64,000 nucleotides of DNA from Callorhinchus milii (lineage: Eukaryota). Shown here in pieces: positions 51,571 to 64,000 of the stretch. The notes beneath the pieces were generated by a model that did no database searches, had not been told where the DNA came from, and was given only the letters and a program-made list of their open reading frames with translations. Made by a program: the position numbers and the translations under genes. Numbering within the stretch: position 1 is the stretch's first letter; each line of letters opens with the position of its first letter. Location: NCBI RefSeq assembly GCF_018977255.1, contig NW_024704742.1, positions 60,948,001-61,012,000 on the forward strand, given 5' to 3'.

Positions 51571-53011
51571 TTAGACTGTTGCACAGCTTGGAACCATCAT
51601 GTAACAAGTCTGAAGACTGTAACCTTAGAATAAAGGTACCCACCCTTCCCATAATCTTCAAATTATATTACATTTATGTTAAATTGTTGCATAATGCCCA
51701 CTCCCTGCCCTTGTAAAACCAAGTGACTCCTTAGACCAATATCAGCCATTGCAGTGGGATTGTGTGCAGCTGTTTCAGAGTCTTGGCTGTCACTATCTTT
51801 CACAGATTTGATAATGTCTTCAGTGGATGCAAGTAAAGGTCAGAGTGTTCTCAATGATTCATGAATACTTCTGAAAAACAATATTAGTCAAAGTGCATTA
51901 CCTCAGTAATGTTTTCAAATAATTCTTCCAAAGTGAATGCTCAGCAAACTGCCTTCAGGAGATTGTATGATAATTTTATTGTATAATAATTTGTCAGAAT
52001 ACATTAACCCACAATAAACAACTTTTTTAAAAAAATTAACAGGTTTATCATGAGATTAGTTTTAAAACGGTATAACAATTGCCTTGCATCAATTTTAGAT
52101 TGTTCATATAAATTCAAAAAGGAAATTGTTATATTTTAAAGCTGATTCAAGAGTAATATTTTCAGTGAATAAATTACAGCACTAAATGAAAAACTTTTTT
52201 CTAATGGTTAGGATAGATAAAGTTAAGAGTAGGGAAGTCTTGCAGCAGTTGTATAAAGCCTTGGTGAGACTGCACCTAGAATATTGTGTGCAGTTTTGGC
52301 CTTATATTCTTATTTAAGAAAGGACATACTCTCCTTAGAGGTGGTGCAGCGTAGATTCACTAGGTTGGTTCCTGGGTTGAGGGGGTTGACCTATGAGGAT
52401 AGGTTGAGTAAACTAGGCCTATATTCTCTAGAATATAGAAGAATTAGAGGTGATCTTATAGAAATCCATAAGATTCTTAAGGATCTTGATAGAGTAGATA
52501 GTGTGAGACTGTTTCCCCTGATTGGAGAATCTAAAACTAGGGCTCATAGTCTCAAGTTTAAGGGTCAGCCTTTTCGAACTGAGTTGAGGAAACATTTCTT
52601 CACTCAGAGGGTAGTAAATTTGTTGAATTCTCTACCCCAGAAGGCTGTGGATGCTCAGTCCTTGAACATATTCAAGAATGAGGTTGATAGATTTCTAAAG
52701 GATAGAGGGATTAAGGGATATGGGGATAGAGCGGGTAATGGAATTAGGTTAGAAGATCAGCCATGATCTTATTAAATGGCAGCGCAGGCTCGAGGGGCCG
52801 AAAGACTCTGAAACAGCTGCACACAATCCCACTGCAATGGCTGACATTGATCTAAAGAGTCACTTGGTTTTACAAGGGTAGGGAGTGGGCATTATACAAC
52901 AATTTAACATAAATGTAATATAATTTGAAGATTATGGGAAGGATACCTTTATTCTAAGGATACAGTCTTCAGACTTGTTACATGATGGTTCCAAGCTGTG
53001 CAACAGTCTAA
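51571..53011. repeat. About 210-bp inverted duplication (arms 51571-51784 and 52802-53011)
   Basis: Arms are reverse complements with few mismatches and one short indel. Confidence 0.92.
52208..52801 (+). mobile_element. CR1 LINE 3' fragment, tail truncated
   Basis: LEVVQRRFTRLVPGL...RRIRGDLIE...FFTQRVVNL. Confidence 0.92.
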
Positions 53012-53951
53012 TAAAACAGTCGTGGGTTGAGTGATCAAAGGATGAAGTTGATGAGCTTGTGAACCCTGATCAGGAAAGGATATGACCTGCAAAATTCTGG
53101 AATGACTGCCACTTGTGTAGGGAAGATTTAGGGAATGAGAGTGCTATATCAAATGCAAAGATTGTTCTATTTGTATGCTTTGCAACATAAGCTGATGATC
53201 ATTCCAAATACTAGCAATGACAAGTCAGTAGAATATCAAAGGTTTCAGATAAGATCAACCACAAGATCAAAGTTTCAGAATGTGCTACAGGGTAAGGATC
53301 AACCCTGAGGTGTTGTATTGCTTTGAAACATGCACATCCGATATTCTACACAACTCACAGATTATCTTTAGGAAAAGGTAATGAAACTCAACAGTGACAA
53401 TAGGCATGTGACTGAAGCTCAAGTGAGATACAGAGAAAATTGTTGGGTGCCAGTAAACACATGTATTTCTATTCCAAAGGCTGCTGACAAGCATATGTCC
53501 TTCTAGTTACTACAGAATATCTTTTTTTACACAAAAAGAGCCCAATTTAAAGTGAAACGATTAACAACTCTGCCTTAAACGAAACATTGACAATTTAAAT
53601 GGAAAATAATTATAGGGGACGTAATTTATAACTTTACAATAGAAGTTTATTCTATTTAGTTCTACACCTGAATTAGGAATGGGATCTAATGGAAATATAT
53701 TGATAGAAAGTACAGCTCAGAAACAGGCCATTCAGCCCATCCAGTTCGACTGGTCCTTATACTCCAAATGAGTGGCAAGGATAATTTGGGAATTTTATGT
53801 CTGGATTAAACATATTCAAATTCTGAGCAATAACAGCAACAATACAGATTAAGAACAATGCTCCACTAACTGGCCTCATGTTCTCTATATCCGAAATACC
53901 CATAAACTCATTAAAGATGAGCAAAACAGTAAAAGAAAAATCAGCCATTAC

Positions 53952-54154
53952 CATAAACATCTGCACCATGGTCATAAACAGTATCTAGACAGGTTCCATC
54001 CCTTGTATCCCAAACACGAATAGTGTAGTCCCAGCTGCCCGATATCAGAAGATAGGGAATTTCTGTGTTCCACAGTAGACCTCGAACAGGGGCCGTGTGT
54101 CCACTTAGAATATTTATACAGGCATCTTGTGTATAGTCCCATATTCTTACAGTA
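53952..54154 (-). CDS. WDR17: WDR17 exon (TVRIWDYTQDACINILSGHTAPVRGL...DHGADVY)
   Basis: Seen in ORF track; GH...WD repeat; GT-AG. Confidence 0.96.
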
Positions 54155-55231
54155 CTGTAGAAAGAAAATACATTGTGACGAAAGCTTAGAGCATTCAACA
54201 ACCTGAAAAAGAATAAATCTGAATACAGCTCTCATAATAAATAATGTGGTTCTGAACAGCAATTTCTTTTGCACTCTTTTTGTGAAGTTGAACTATTCTG
54301 TTCCAATTGAAAAAGACACCAGTAACCAATTAACACGTTCAATATTCTTGAAAATTCCAAGACAACCATTTTGTGTCTTCACTCATTTAACTTGGGATAG
54401 CCACCACTTATGATTTAAAACATTATATTTATATCTGCACGCAATTGCAAACGAAAATTCTAACTCAATATATGGTACTACAGGCCCCAAATTCCCTTGT
54501 TTGCTAATGATGGTAAAGTGTAGATGTTCATAAACATGGGTAGAATATTGGTCACTCGCAAACTACTTTGCTCCTACCTGCATTAAAAAAACTGAAAATC
54601 GATGGGTGGCGGGGAGGGAGGGAAACTGTTTTTATTAAAGCATTTTAAGGAAAAATTAAAGAGAGAATCCCTCATCATTCTTAATCTGAGAAAACACAAT
54701 GAAAGTAAGTACTGGAGAGCGTGAAGTGTGAATTGACAATGCAAAGAATGGTATACTCACCATCATGAGGTGGGGGGTGGGGTTGGAGTGGGTGTGTGGA
54801 GGGGAGGGGTGTGGAGGGAGGGTGGCATTGTGGTGGGGGTTGGAGATGGAGAGCGAAATGGGTCTATCACGCACTAATACTAGTGATCTCTTTGTTTTGG
54901 ATTCTAAACACATCACGAAAAATGGCTAATGTTATCGAGCAACACGTGACAGATTCTTGCGTGAAATCTTCAGTGGATTATGTTTTGGCAGATGTTTTTT
55001 GGTCAGCATTGTGTAGGCGACACAGCAGAGAAAAGTTGCACTTCCTGTTCGTTTCTTTTTTGCTTATCCTCAGTCCTGGATTAGGAAACCCAAACTTCCA
55101 GGTTTAAAAAAAAATGTTCAAATTATTGTAATTAAACAAGAGATTTTACATGATCAGATAAAGTAGCATTGCATGTTATTGGTAACTATAAATAATAGCC
55201 ATTTGGGACCTTTGTATCTCGAGTAAAGTAC

Positions 55232-55396
55232 CTGTCATCAGAACCACTGCAGAGAATACCCTCTCTCAGAGGGGACCACCTGACATGAAACACTTTGGCC
55301 GTGTGGCCAGTGAAGACCTTCAGTGGCTGGTCAGAGCTGGTTGCTAGATAGTAAACTCGCACATTTTTGTCCTCGCAGCCAGTTGCTATCATGTCT
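55232..55396 (-). CDS. WDR17: WDR17 exon (DMIATGCEDKNVRVYY...GILCSGSDD)
   Basis: Seen in ORF track; WD40; GT-AG. Confidence 0.96.
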
Positions 55397-56897
55397 CTGA
55401 AAATGAATCAAGAAGCATATATGTATTCATAATTAAAATAACAATAATCCTTGCATTTGGTATAGCTCCTTATCATGTCATCGAGACATCTTAAAGTGCT
55501 TCACAGGATATACTGTAAAATGGATTGACTGTGTACATTTAAAGTTAAAATAAAAAAATTAACAATTATTAAAAATCTAATTTTTTTTTAACCTGAAACA
55601 CTTCTCTACCGGTACAGAGCAAAGCTGCCACCAGCCACTCTGCTGTGAACTCTGAGCCCCAGGTCCAGCCTCAGGGAGCAAAGCCCCTGGTGTGACATGT
55701 TCCACACCAACAATCCTTGTAATCTCTCTGAGGAGGTCAACCTTGTACTGATCACAAAAGGTTGTGAGTATTGTGACGTGTCGATCAAAATAAATCCTTT
55801 GATGACCTGAGTAACTTTTTTTTGTGCCAACTGGAGTCACTTTGATGCTATGGGTCAACCTGGGTCATAGAGGACTCTTACAAACAGCAAAGAGACGACT
55901 TTTATCTCAGCAAGCTGGGTCAGATTTGAACAAAGGTCCCAAAGGTGAAAATATTATGTCCAGTCTCCTTTTATTATTTTTTTTACTATTTCCGCAGTCT
56001 TTCTGCTGACTTCTCCTGTACTGTTCTTAACCAAGCTGGACATCTTCCTTTCCACCAATGCTGCTCTGTAAACAACCCTCTATTGATTTTCTCCACCTCC
56101 TTATGAGAATGTGCCTCATCATTACGCACCACCCCCCTACAGCAGGGGGAAATCTATCAACTGCATTACTGCAAGAACAATCCCACATCTCATCACTCCA
56201 CATTGTGGAATGTGGAGCTCCAACATGCTGTGCTGCTGTGCCATAATATTCAGCAAGCTCAATTATAACTGAGGTATTTCTTACCAGGATTCCTTGATAA
56301 GGAATATGAGTTGTGCAAATGGGGACTTCTTCAAGTCACCTCAAGTCGTCAAACAGATCCCTAGGAATCCATTTCAACTTGATCTATGTTCAGAGTGGAA
56401 TTCCCACAGGTTAAGAAATACCATTAAGTAATGTCACAAACTAGATCTCATTATTCCTAGATGGCCGAGTAGCTACTCTTAAGTGTTGGACAGTCAGCTT
56501 GGGGACTTAAGATCAATTCTCACTTAAAATTTACACTTAAGATTTCGCTACTGGGCAAGCTTTTCCAATCACATTTGGATCAACTTGGGAATGAAAGAAA
56601 AGGCTAGGAATAAAGATCATTTTCTGCTTTCTGCAAGCACACTTCCTCTCCTCAAGGTGTTGCTACATTGGTGACATTTGGAAGATACCCTTTAGTCACA
56701 GGTTAACACAATGATTCAATGGGGGAATGGAGAGAAAGGGTAAAAGTCACAAAATTGCATAAAAAAGGCAATCAGTTTACTACAGGCTAGTTTCTAGCCT
56801 CCTGAACAAACAGGAGTTTCACAAGGAAATGGCCTCAAAATATGTTGCTAGCATAAAGTACATCTAAAAGTAATGACAGAGTAAAGAGCTTACTTAC

Positions 56898-56984
56898 TTA
56901 TTGTTTTGGCTCCAATCGCACCCAAACACAGCAGCTGAATGCTTATACTTGTGTAGAACTTTACCGTCAACCGTTCGAATAATG
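56898..56984 (-). CDS. WDR17: WDR17 exon (IIRTVDGKVLHKYKHSAAVFGCDWSQNN)
   Basis: Hand translation, GT-AG. Confidence 0.94.
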
Positions 56985-57172
56985 CTGCAATGGACAATAC
57001 ATTAATGATGCAATAAAACCTACGTCCACATGATCGACCAAGCCCACTGTACAGAATGAGACTTACTCCTTAATTATGCCATCGTGGCTGTTCGCAGCAG
57101 AATTGCTAATACTGTATTTCGATTCTAATAGTATAATCTTCCAAGAAAAATCCATAAGATTATTTAAAATTC

Positions 57173-57738
57173 AGTCCTGTAGCTCTCACTTTGCAAGTGA
57201 GAGACCTGAGTTCAATTCCAGGCAGAGCGAATCCTTGGGCAAGTTTCCTTACTCCACACGCCTAATAATAATCCCTCCAAAAAACAAAAAACAATAATAA
57301 ATTGGTCATTTTCAATCTACGACTGTTTGTGGGACATTGCTGTGCGCAATTGGCTGCCGCGTTCGCCCACAAATATACAGTCAATTCACTTTAGTGTGTT
57401 CTGTGAAGTGCTTTGGGACGTCCTCCCGACGTGAAAAGCGCTATATCAAATGCAAGGATTATTATTATATTACTCCACTCCTCCGGTTACCTAGCAGTAA
57501 ATAGGAACCAAGTTAGTCGATTTGCAGATTGTTTTTCCAGGGATAATAGTCCCTTAAAAAAAATTGGTCAGTTCAATCCATAACTGTTTGTGGGACACTG
57601 TTGTGCGCAATTGGCTGTCGCGTTTCACCCACAAATATACAGTCAATTCACTTTATAGTGTATTCTGTGAAGTGCTTTGAGACGTCTAGAAGACATGAAA
57701 AGCACTATATCAAATGCAAGGATTATGATTATTATTAT
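57173..57738 (+). mobile_element. Young short-subfamily SINE (57173-57468) followed directly by a headless long-subfamily SINE body
   Basis: Two consecutive Deu-like bodies and (ATT)n tails. Confidence 0.85.
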
Positions 57739-58513
57739 ATGACATACTATTGCTACTATAATGTCAGGGGCACATTTAAAACACACCTAGGCCGACACAC
57801 CACTGCCACTTCATTCTTCCTGAGACATTAAGGCGTACAGTTTTGCTGGAGGGCTTTTACTTCTGCTATATAGTTGCAATAGTCCTGCCTTCAACTAGAA
57901 TTCTTTCTTGCTTTCTCTCAATGGAAAGAAACAGTAAGAAAGGGAAGAGTGTAAGGGGGACTAGAGGCCTGATGTTCCTCATGGTCTTAGCCATTAAGAC
58001 CTAACTTAAAATTTAAGCTCATACAGAATTTTTTAAAATGTCATAAAATAAAGGCTCTATGTAATAATAAAATAATAATATTCCTTACATTTGATATATC
58101 ACCTTTCAAATCAGGAGGATATCCCAAAGTGCTTCACAGGATAGACTTTAAAGTGGTGAGACTTTTTTGTGGGCGAATGTGGCAGCCACTTTGCACACAG
58201 CAATGATGACCAACAAACTGCAATGAAGTGAACAACCAATTCATATTTGGGAGATTGGTGGTCAGGAGCTTGGGAGAAACTCTCTTATTGTTTAGAATTG
58301 GGCCATGGGATCTTTAGCGTCATTTGAACAGGCAAATGGGATTCGTTTATTGTTTCAAACAAAGGAGTCTTAATTTGGAAGCTGATTTACCTCAGGTCTG
58401 GGTCTCTCCATTCTAAAAAAAATGCACCCCTTTGTGTAAAATGCTTGCGACTGCTAACAATTCTGTACTCTATTCACAGCTAAAAAAATAAAGATTACAA
58501 AACCAACACTTAC

Positions 58514-58596
58514 CAGTACCCATCCGCACTGCATGTTGCTATTCTCTTAGAATCCTTGTGACTCCATGCAATGCAGAATATTCCATTTTTACCATG
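58514..58596 (-). CDS. WDR17: WDR17 exon (HGKNGIFCIAWSHKDSKRIATCSADGY)
   Basis: Hand translation, GT-AG. Confidence 0.94.
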
Positions 58597-60252
58597 CTAA
58601 AGGAACGACAAATGGCAATTACAACTACTGCCATCGTACTCAAATAAAAATCCCACCTAGCCTTAAGTTATAAGACCGTTTTAACAACGTGATGAACATG
58701 TTGTAATTTTCACCCCAGGTTTATTGATGGCACAAGTGTAATTCAATGCTTTCCACCTTAACCTGGGGGGAAATCTGGATTACTAATAGTTTATATCAAT
58801 AGTCATAAGTATGCAACATCTTTCACATCAGGAGGCCATCCCAAAGAGCTCAATATTACCGGTTGGGTAGCCAAGCTAGGAGTAAAAGTCAAAAGCTAGG
58901 TTAGATGTGGGGGGGATAAGTGATTTAGGAGAGGACTATCGATTAATTATTCATAATTTAAAGTGCCATACTTCAAAAACATATTAAGCAGAACTGCAGA
59001 TTTTTGGAAAGCAGATCCTTCAGAGATCCGGGTAAGTAGGCAATGAAGTCAAGTATTTATTAAGTGTTTGTGTATTTCCAGTGTAACCAGGAAAGAGAGA
59101 TTAGAATGGCCTATTTTGAATAGCTCTCTCATTCGTTCTTCCCACCACAGTAAATGATTAATGACGATCATCTTGTCAATTCCTTTATGGCGTTTTGAGA
59201 AAGGAACAGCAGGGATGAGAATGTTTTTCCAAAAAATAATCAGCATTTTGTTGCTTTCATGAAACTAGGTCACCAAGAGAATGAAAGAAATCTTCAATTA
59301 ATTCTTAATTTCAAAGCAACCTTTTCACATTTCTTAAACTTAAAAGAGAAGCTTCAAGTTTAAAAAAAAATCAGTTTTTTTTAGTTAAATGGATCATTAT
59401 AATGAGAATGTGTTGACACCTTTGCATTGGAGATTTGGCCAGATAGACAACACTGCCTGTGTTTCAATTGTACTGCCTTGCTGAATACTGTATAACAAAC
59501 TCAGGCATCTTGGTTTCATTCCAGATTTACTAGTGACACAAGGGATGGTGAATTCAATGCTTCCCACTTTTTCCTGGGGAATATCACCCTGGATCTGGGG
59601 TGGACTATGATTTAGGAGAGGACTATTGATTAACCTTTCATTAATTCAGAGTTGTCTACTCTGAACGCATATGAAGCAAAATTAGAGATTTTGGACAACA
59701 AATTTTGAGACCCTGTTTACCATCTCAACCGAAGGACGGCACCTCCAACAATGGAGCACACACACAGCATTGCACTGGGAGCATCAGCCTAGACAATATG
59801 AGTTCCAAGTCTCAACTTGGGGCTTCAATTCTACAGTCTTCTAACTCAGAAGATTAGCCCCCTCCAACCACAGGGGTCAGTATTAGGTACTTTTTTAAAA
59901 TATATATATTAATGTCATGGACTTAAGTATAGAGAGCAACATTTTACAGTTTGCCGATGACCCAAAACTTGGAAACGTAGTAAACAGTGAGGAGGATGGT
60001 AGTCGACTGCAGGAGGACATAGACAGACTGGTGAAATGGGCAGACAAATGTCTCATCTAAAGGGCCGTTCAAAGGAAGAAATGTCAGTTAAATACATGAA
60101 AAACGGGAGGAAAAAGAATCCAAGGGAAGTGATGGATGGAGCCAATAGTAACTACACCATTCAAACAGTTTTTCACAGTTCTCAAGGCATGCACACCACT
60201 ACCCATTTCTATAGATCAATTCTTCTCACCAATGTCAGAAGGCAACACTTAC

Positions 60253-60344
60253 CTCATTAAACCTTGTGATCAATTTGCCTTTTCTTACATCCCATATGAA
60301 AGCCCCATTGCGAGAGGTTGCACCCGCAATACAATTCAAGTCTC
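60253..60344 (-). CDS. WDR17: WDR17 exon (DLNCIAGATSRNGAFIWDVRKGKLITRFNE)
   Basis: Hand translation, GT-AG. Confidence 0.94.
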
Positions 60345-60649
60345 CTTTAAGCAAATAAAATTAAATGATTATCTGATGTGCAGCTGTGACTGCCTGCCAT
60401 TTCTATCAACAACAACTTGCATTTACATAATGCCCTTCTCAGAACAGCCATGAAATGAATGGCCAATTTTATTTGGGGGATTATTGGGCAGGACTCTGAG
60501 AGAAACTCCCTTCTCTTTTTCAAATAGTGCCATTGGATCTTTAACATACACCTGAACAAGCAGATGGTACTTTGATTCAATATTTCATCCAAAGGACCCA
60601 GATTCTTGGTAAGACATGGCCAACGACAACTTTCTTTCTGATTTCTTAC

Positions 60650-60818
60650 CTGGGGCCCAAGACAATGAGTAGATAACCCCCTCATTTCCTGGAGAGGTGT
60701 ACACTGCTGTCAACGTGTTTATATCCCACACTTTTATTGTCCCATCAAACGATGCCGTTGCCAGGAGGTTGGGATCATCCGGTTTGAATTTACAATCAAA
60801 TATTGTTTCAACATGACC
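60650..60818 (-). CDS. WDR17: WDR17 exon (GHVETIFDCKFKPDDPNLLATASFDGTIKVWD...SLSWAP)
   Basis: Hand translation, canonical WD40, GT-AG. Confidence 0.96.
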
Positions 60819-61396
60819 CTAGAATACAAAATAAAACTTTCTGCCTTTGTTGGGGTTTTCTAACTATTATTTGAGAAAATTTGAGGTATTCCTTATGTAG
60901 TCCTTAATTACTGGCACTATCATTAAATTTAGCAGTGTTTAGTGTGAGCTACTTTCATACAAACCCCCTTGTAATACACTGTCTTGCCATTAGGTGATAG
61001 TCCAATAAATGACAGCCAGATAAGTTAGATTTGAATTGGCTGTAGGGAATGAAACAAAACGTAGTTGTTTAGGGAGCTAGGTCAAAATGGGGTAAGTATT
61101 ACGTGGGGTGCCTCAAAATTTTGCACTGTGATCTTTATGTTTCTTATGTATGTTAATGATCTATATTCACAGAATCAGAATGAACAGAAAGTTGGTCATT
61201 TTAGTGCAAACAGCTATCCAGAGCTCAGGAATCAAGTACAAGCGCAATGAACATGGTCCACGATGCAACTGCGTGCTAAGCAATTCTGCTCTATTGTGAA
61301 GGATGTGATAGCAGGCTACACTGTATGTATGGTAAATTAACAATATATTTGTTTTTTTGATTGTATTATATAAAGAAAATTGTTCTTGGAGCATAC

Positions 61397-61584
61397 CAGA
61401 TCTCGGAGAAAGTCCCACTTCTTACTCCCCATGTCATAGAGCCCCACTCCACCATCCATGAAACAGCAAACCACATGCCCAGGAGGAAGAGAGAAAGCGT
61501 GATTCTGAGACAAGGTAGGAGGGGGAACAGCTTCACTTGTTGATGACGTGTGGTGATTCTTTGTAGGGGAATGTGCAGAAAAAG
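61397..61584 (-). CDS. WDR17: WDR17 exon (FSAHSPTKNHHTSSTSEAVPPP...KKWDFLRDL)
   Basis: Hand translation, GT-AG, phase consistent. Confidence 0.94.
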
Positions 61585-61762
61585 CTGAAAGAAAGATGCT
61601 AAAATATATTTCCTCATATTACTCTCTCTAATATATGTGTACTTACTGTATAACATTTCAACAGCACATTAAGACCTTAGAAAAAGAGGATGTAGGTTTA
61701 GGATTGCAAAGGGCAAATTCAGGACATACACCAGGATGTTTTTCTTTACCCAGAGAGCAATT

Positions 61763-62130
61763 GGAGTCCTGTAGCTCAGTGGTGGAGTCCTGTAGCTCAG
61801 TCGTGGAGTCCTGTAGCTCAGTGGTTAGAGCACTCGCTTTGCAAGTGAGAGACCTGAGTTCAATTCCAGGCAGAGGGCGAAACCTTGGGCAAGTTTCCTT
61901 ACTCCACACGCCTAATAATAATAATCCCTCCAAAACCCAAAACAATAACAAATTGGTCATTTTCAATCTACGACTGTTTGTGGGACATTGCTGTGCGCAA
62001 TTGGCTGCCGCGTTCGCCCACAAATATACAGTCAATTCACTTTACAGTGTGTTCTGTGAAGCGCTTTGGGACGTCCTCCCGATGTGAAAAGCGCTATATC
62101 AAATGCAAGGATTATTATTATTATTATTAT
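61763..62130 (+). mobile_element. Young tRNA-SINE with triplicated 21-bp head, nested in a CR1 remnant
   Basis: GGAGTCCTGTAGCTCAGT(G/C)GT three times; CR1-like sequence on both sides. Confidence 0.92.
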
Positions 62131-63390
62131 AATTAATGACAGGAACAGGTTGCCAAAAAGGGTGGTTGAGGCCAGGACACTGGATTCATTTAAAAAAAAC
62201 AGCTTGGTGCTGTGATGGGAAGTCAAAATACATAATCATAACACTTTACACTCAATCCTGTGAAACACCTTGAGATGTCCTCCCAACATGAAAGGTGCCA
62301 TATCAAATGTAAAAATTATTGGTATTATTATGAAATGATGAGATCAAAGGCCCTTCTTCATCCAAACCAATCTTGTGATCTTGTGACCTAAGTATTCTTG
62401 AAAAACACTGATATCATTTGGAGGGGTTTGCCTATCCTTGGAAGTACCCATATGTATTTATGACATCAATCATGTTAGATAAATCTGATCTTCAGCACAG
62501 TATTAGCATATAACCTTTCCAATCAAGGAAAACAAAATCGTGATAAGTAAATTTCTTCCAGGAATGATAAGTTCTACAACTAGGCTGTATTTATTTTTTG
62601 TGTGATTCATAAAATAATCTTTGCATTTGACAAGCACCTTTCACGGCAGGAGGACATATTAAAAAGCTTCACAAGGTATACTGTAAAGTGTGTATTTTGT
62701 AGGCAAATGTGACAGCCAGTTTGACCATAGCAATGTCACACAATAGCCATTAAGTGAGTAATTTCTTTATTGGGATATTGGGGGAGTATTGGCCATGTGA
62801 CCAAGAGGCATTCCCTGGTATTTCCAAATCATTTTTTAAAAATATAGTTTTTCGAATCTCACCCTCAGCTTTGGTTTCCAGTCAGGATTGTGAAGTGCTT
62901 TGGGACGTCCTTCGAACGTGAAAGACGCTGTATAAGTCTGTATTGTATAGTGCCATGGGATCTTTAACATCCAGCTGGTAGACACATCAAAGCAGCACCC
63001 TCCTTGACACATATTATAAGATGCTATAAATGCAAGTTGTTGCTGTCAGCATGGTTACTTGTGACTGCTATGTGGGAGATTCTACCAAATGGGGCTTTAG
63101 GATCTTTGAGAAGCTACTACCGGGTACTCAGTACTTGGCCTTGACAATCCCTGTTGGCAAGAATCAATTGATAATCCCTATTGATAATCTGTAACTGATT
63201 ACAACAACAACAAGATTACCCCTGTTATTAATTGGTGTTCGAGTGGATCCCGGAGAGTTATCCTGAGAATCACCTCAGATCCTGCTGGATCCATTACTTG
63301 CAAATCTTGTAAATTGGACCTCGCTGATTCGAATCTTCAGAAATGCTTTCACGGAGAGGTGTTTGTTTTCAAATTACTACAAGTACTTAC

Positions 63391-63513
63391 ATTTTTTCTT
63401 TGGTGGAGAATTCAACACGTGCAAAGCATGAAACCCAGTTTTCTTCAACTTGAAGTTATCTATTGGTGTTGTTCTGGAGACATTCCAAACACGCATGACA
63501 CCAACCTGAGAAT
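63391..63513 (-). CDS. WDR17: WDR17 exon (DSQVGVMRVWNVSRTTPIDNFKLKKTGFH...SPPKKK); gene continues beyond window
   Basis: Hand translation, GT-AG. Confidence 0.94.
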
Positions 63514-64000
63514 CTAATAAATGAAAAAGAGGATAAAAATTGACATGTCCAAAAATTCTACTGAGCCTGTATGACCATTTTCTAATAAAATTTACAATTG
63601 GGCAGAATTGTAGAAAATTCTTAAATTCAGTCTTAACTTGGAATATGATTTTATGTGCTAAAACTAGGCAGAATTTGAGTCCCCAGAAATAACTAGACAG
63701 ACATTTTATTGACCAATGAATGTAACCATCTCCAAAATATCTTCCTGGACACGGATCCCTCTTTACATATCGACTATAATTAAGTATTTTGCCAACGCAG
63801 TTTTATCTATTTGGTTATTGTCACGAGCACAACATTCTCAACTTGTTTAAGTGCTTCGTTCAATTGACTAGGAAAGGATGCTGAGGAGAAGCTAAGGAAA
63901 ATCAGCAAAGGCCAAGAATGTGGTAGCGTTCTCATCTCTTACTCACAAGATTGTGGATTCAGGTCCCACGTCAGGATTTACTCTCTAATGCAGTGCTGAG

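Noticed and set aside
61635..62087. 150-aa ORF with ESCSSVV repeats
   Set aside because: Product of the triplicated SINE head and SINE body

Overview
Eukaryotic (vertebrate) genomic DNA. The mix of L2, CR1 and Deu-type tRNA-SINEs suggests a cartilaginous fish, possibly a holocephalan (inference only). Two convergent spliced genes were reconstructed by hand with GT-AG junctions and consistent phases. (1) A complete 6-exon SPATA4-like gene on + (CDS 11172-19593, 1152 nt, 383 aa, CH-like domain). (2) The 3' 25 coding exons of WDR17 on - (63513 down to stop at 30064), including a 21-nt in-frame microexon; the 5' part lies beyond the window. A 4.9-kb C-rich 16-bp minisatellite separates a GC-rich RFX X-box promoter-like segment (about 5970-6135) from the first SPATA4 coding exon. 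The rest is introns and intergenic DNA filled with L2 and CR1 LINE fragments, tRNA-derived SINEs of at least three types, an unclassified dispersed repeat, and several local direct or inverted duplications. Most ORFs in the supplied track are repeat artefacts. Gene and repeat-family names come from recalled sequences; no database search was run.
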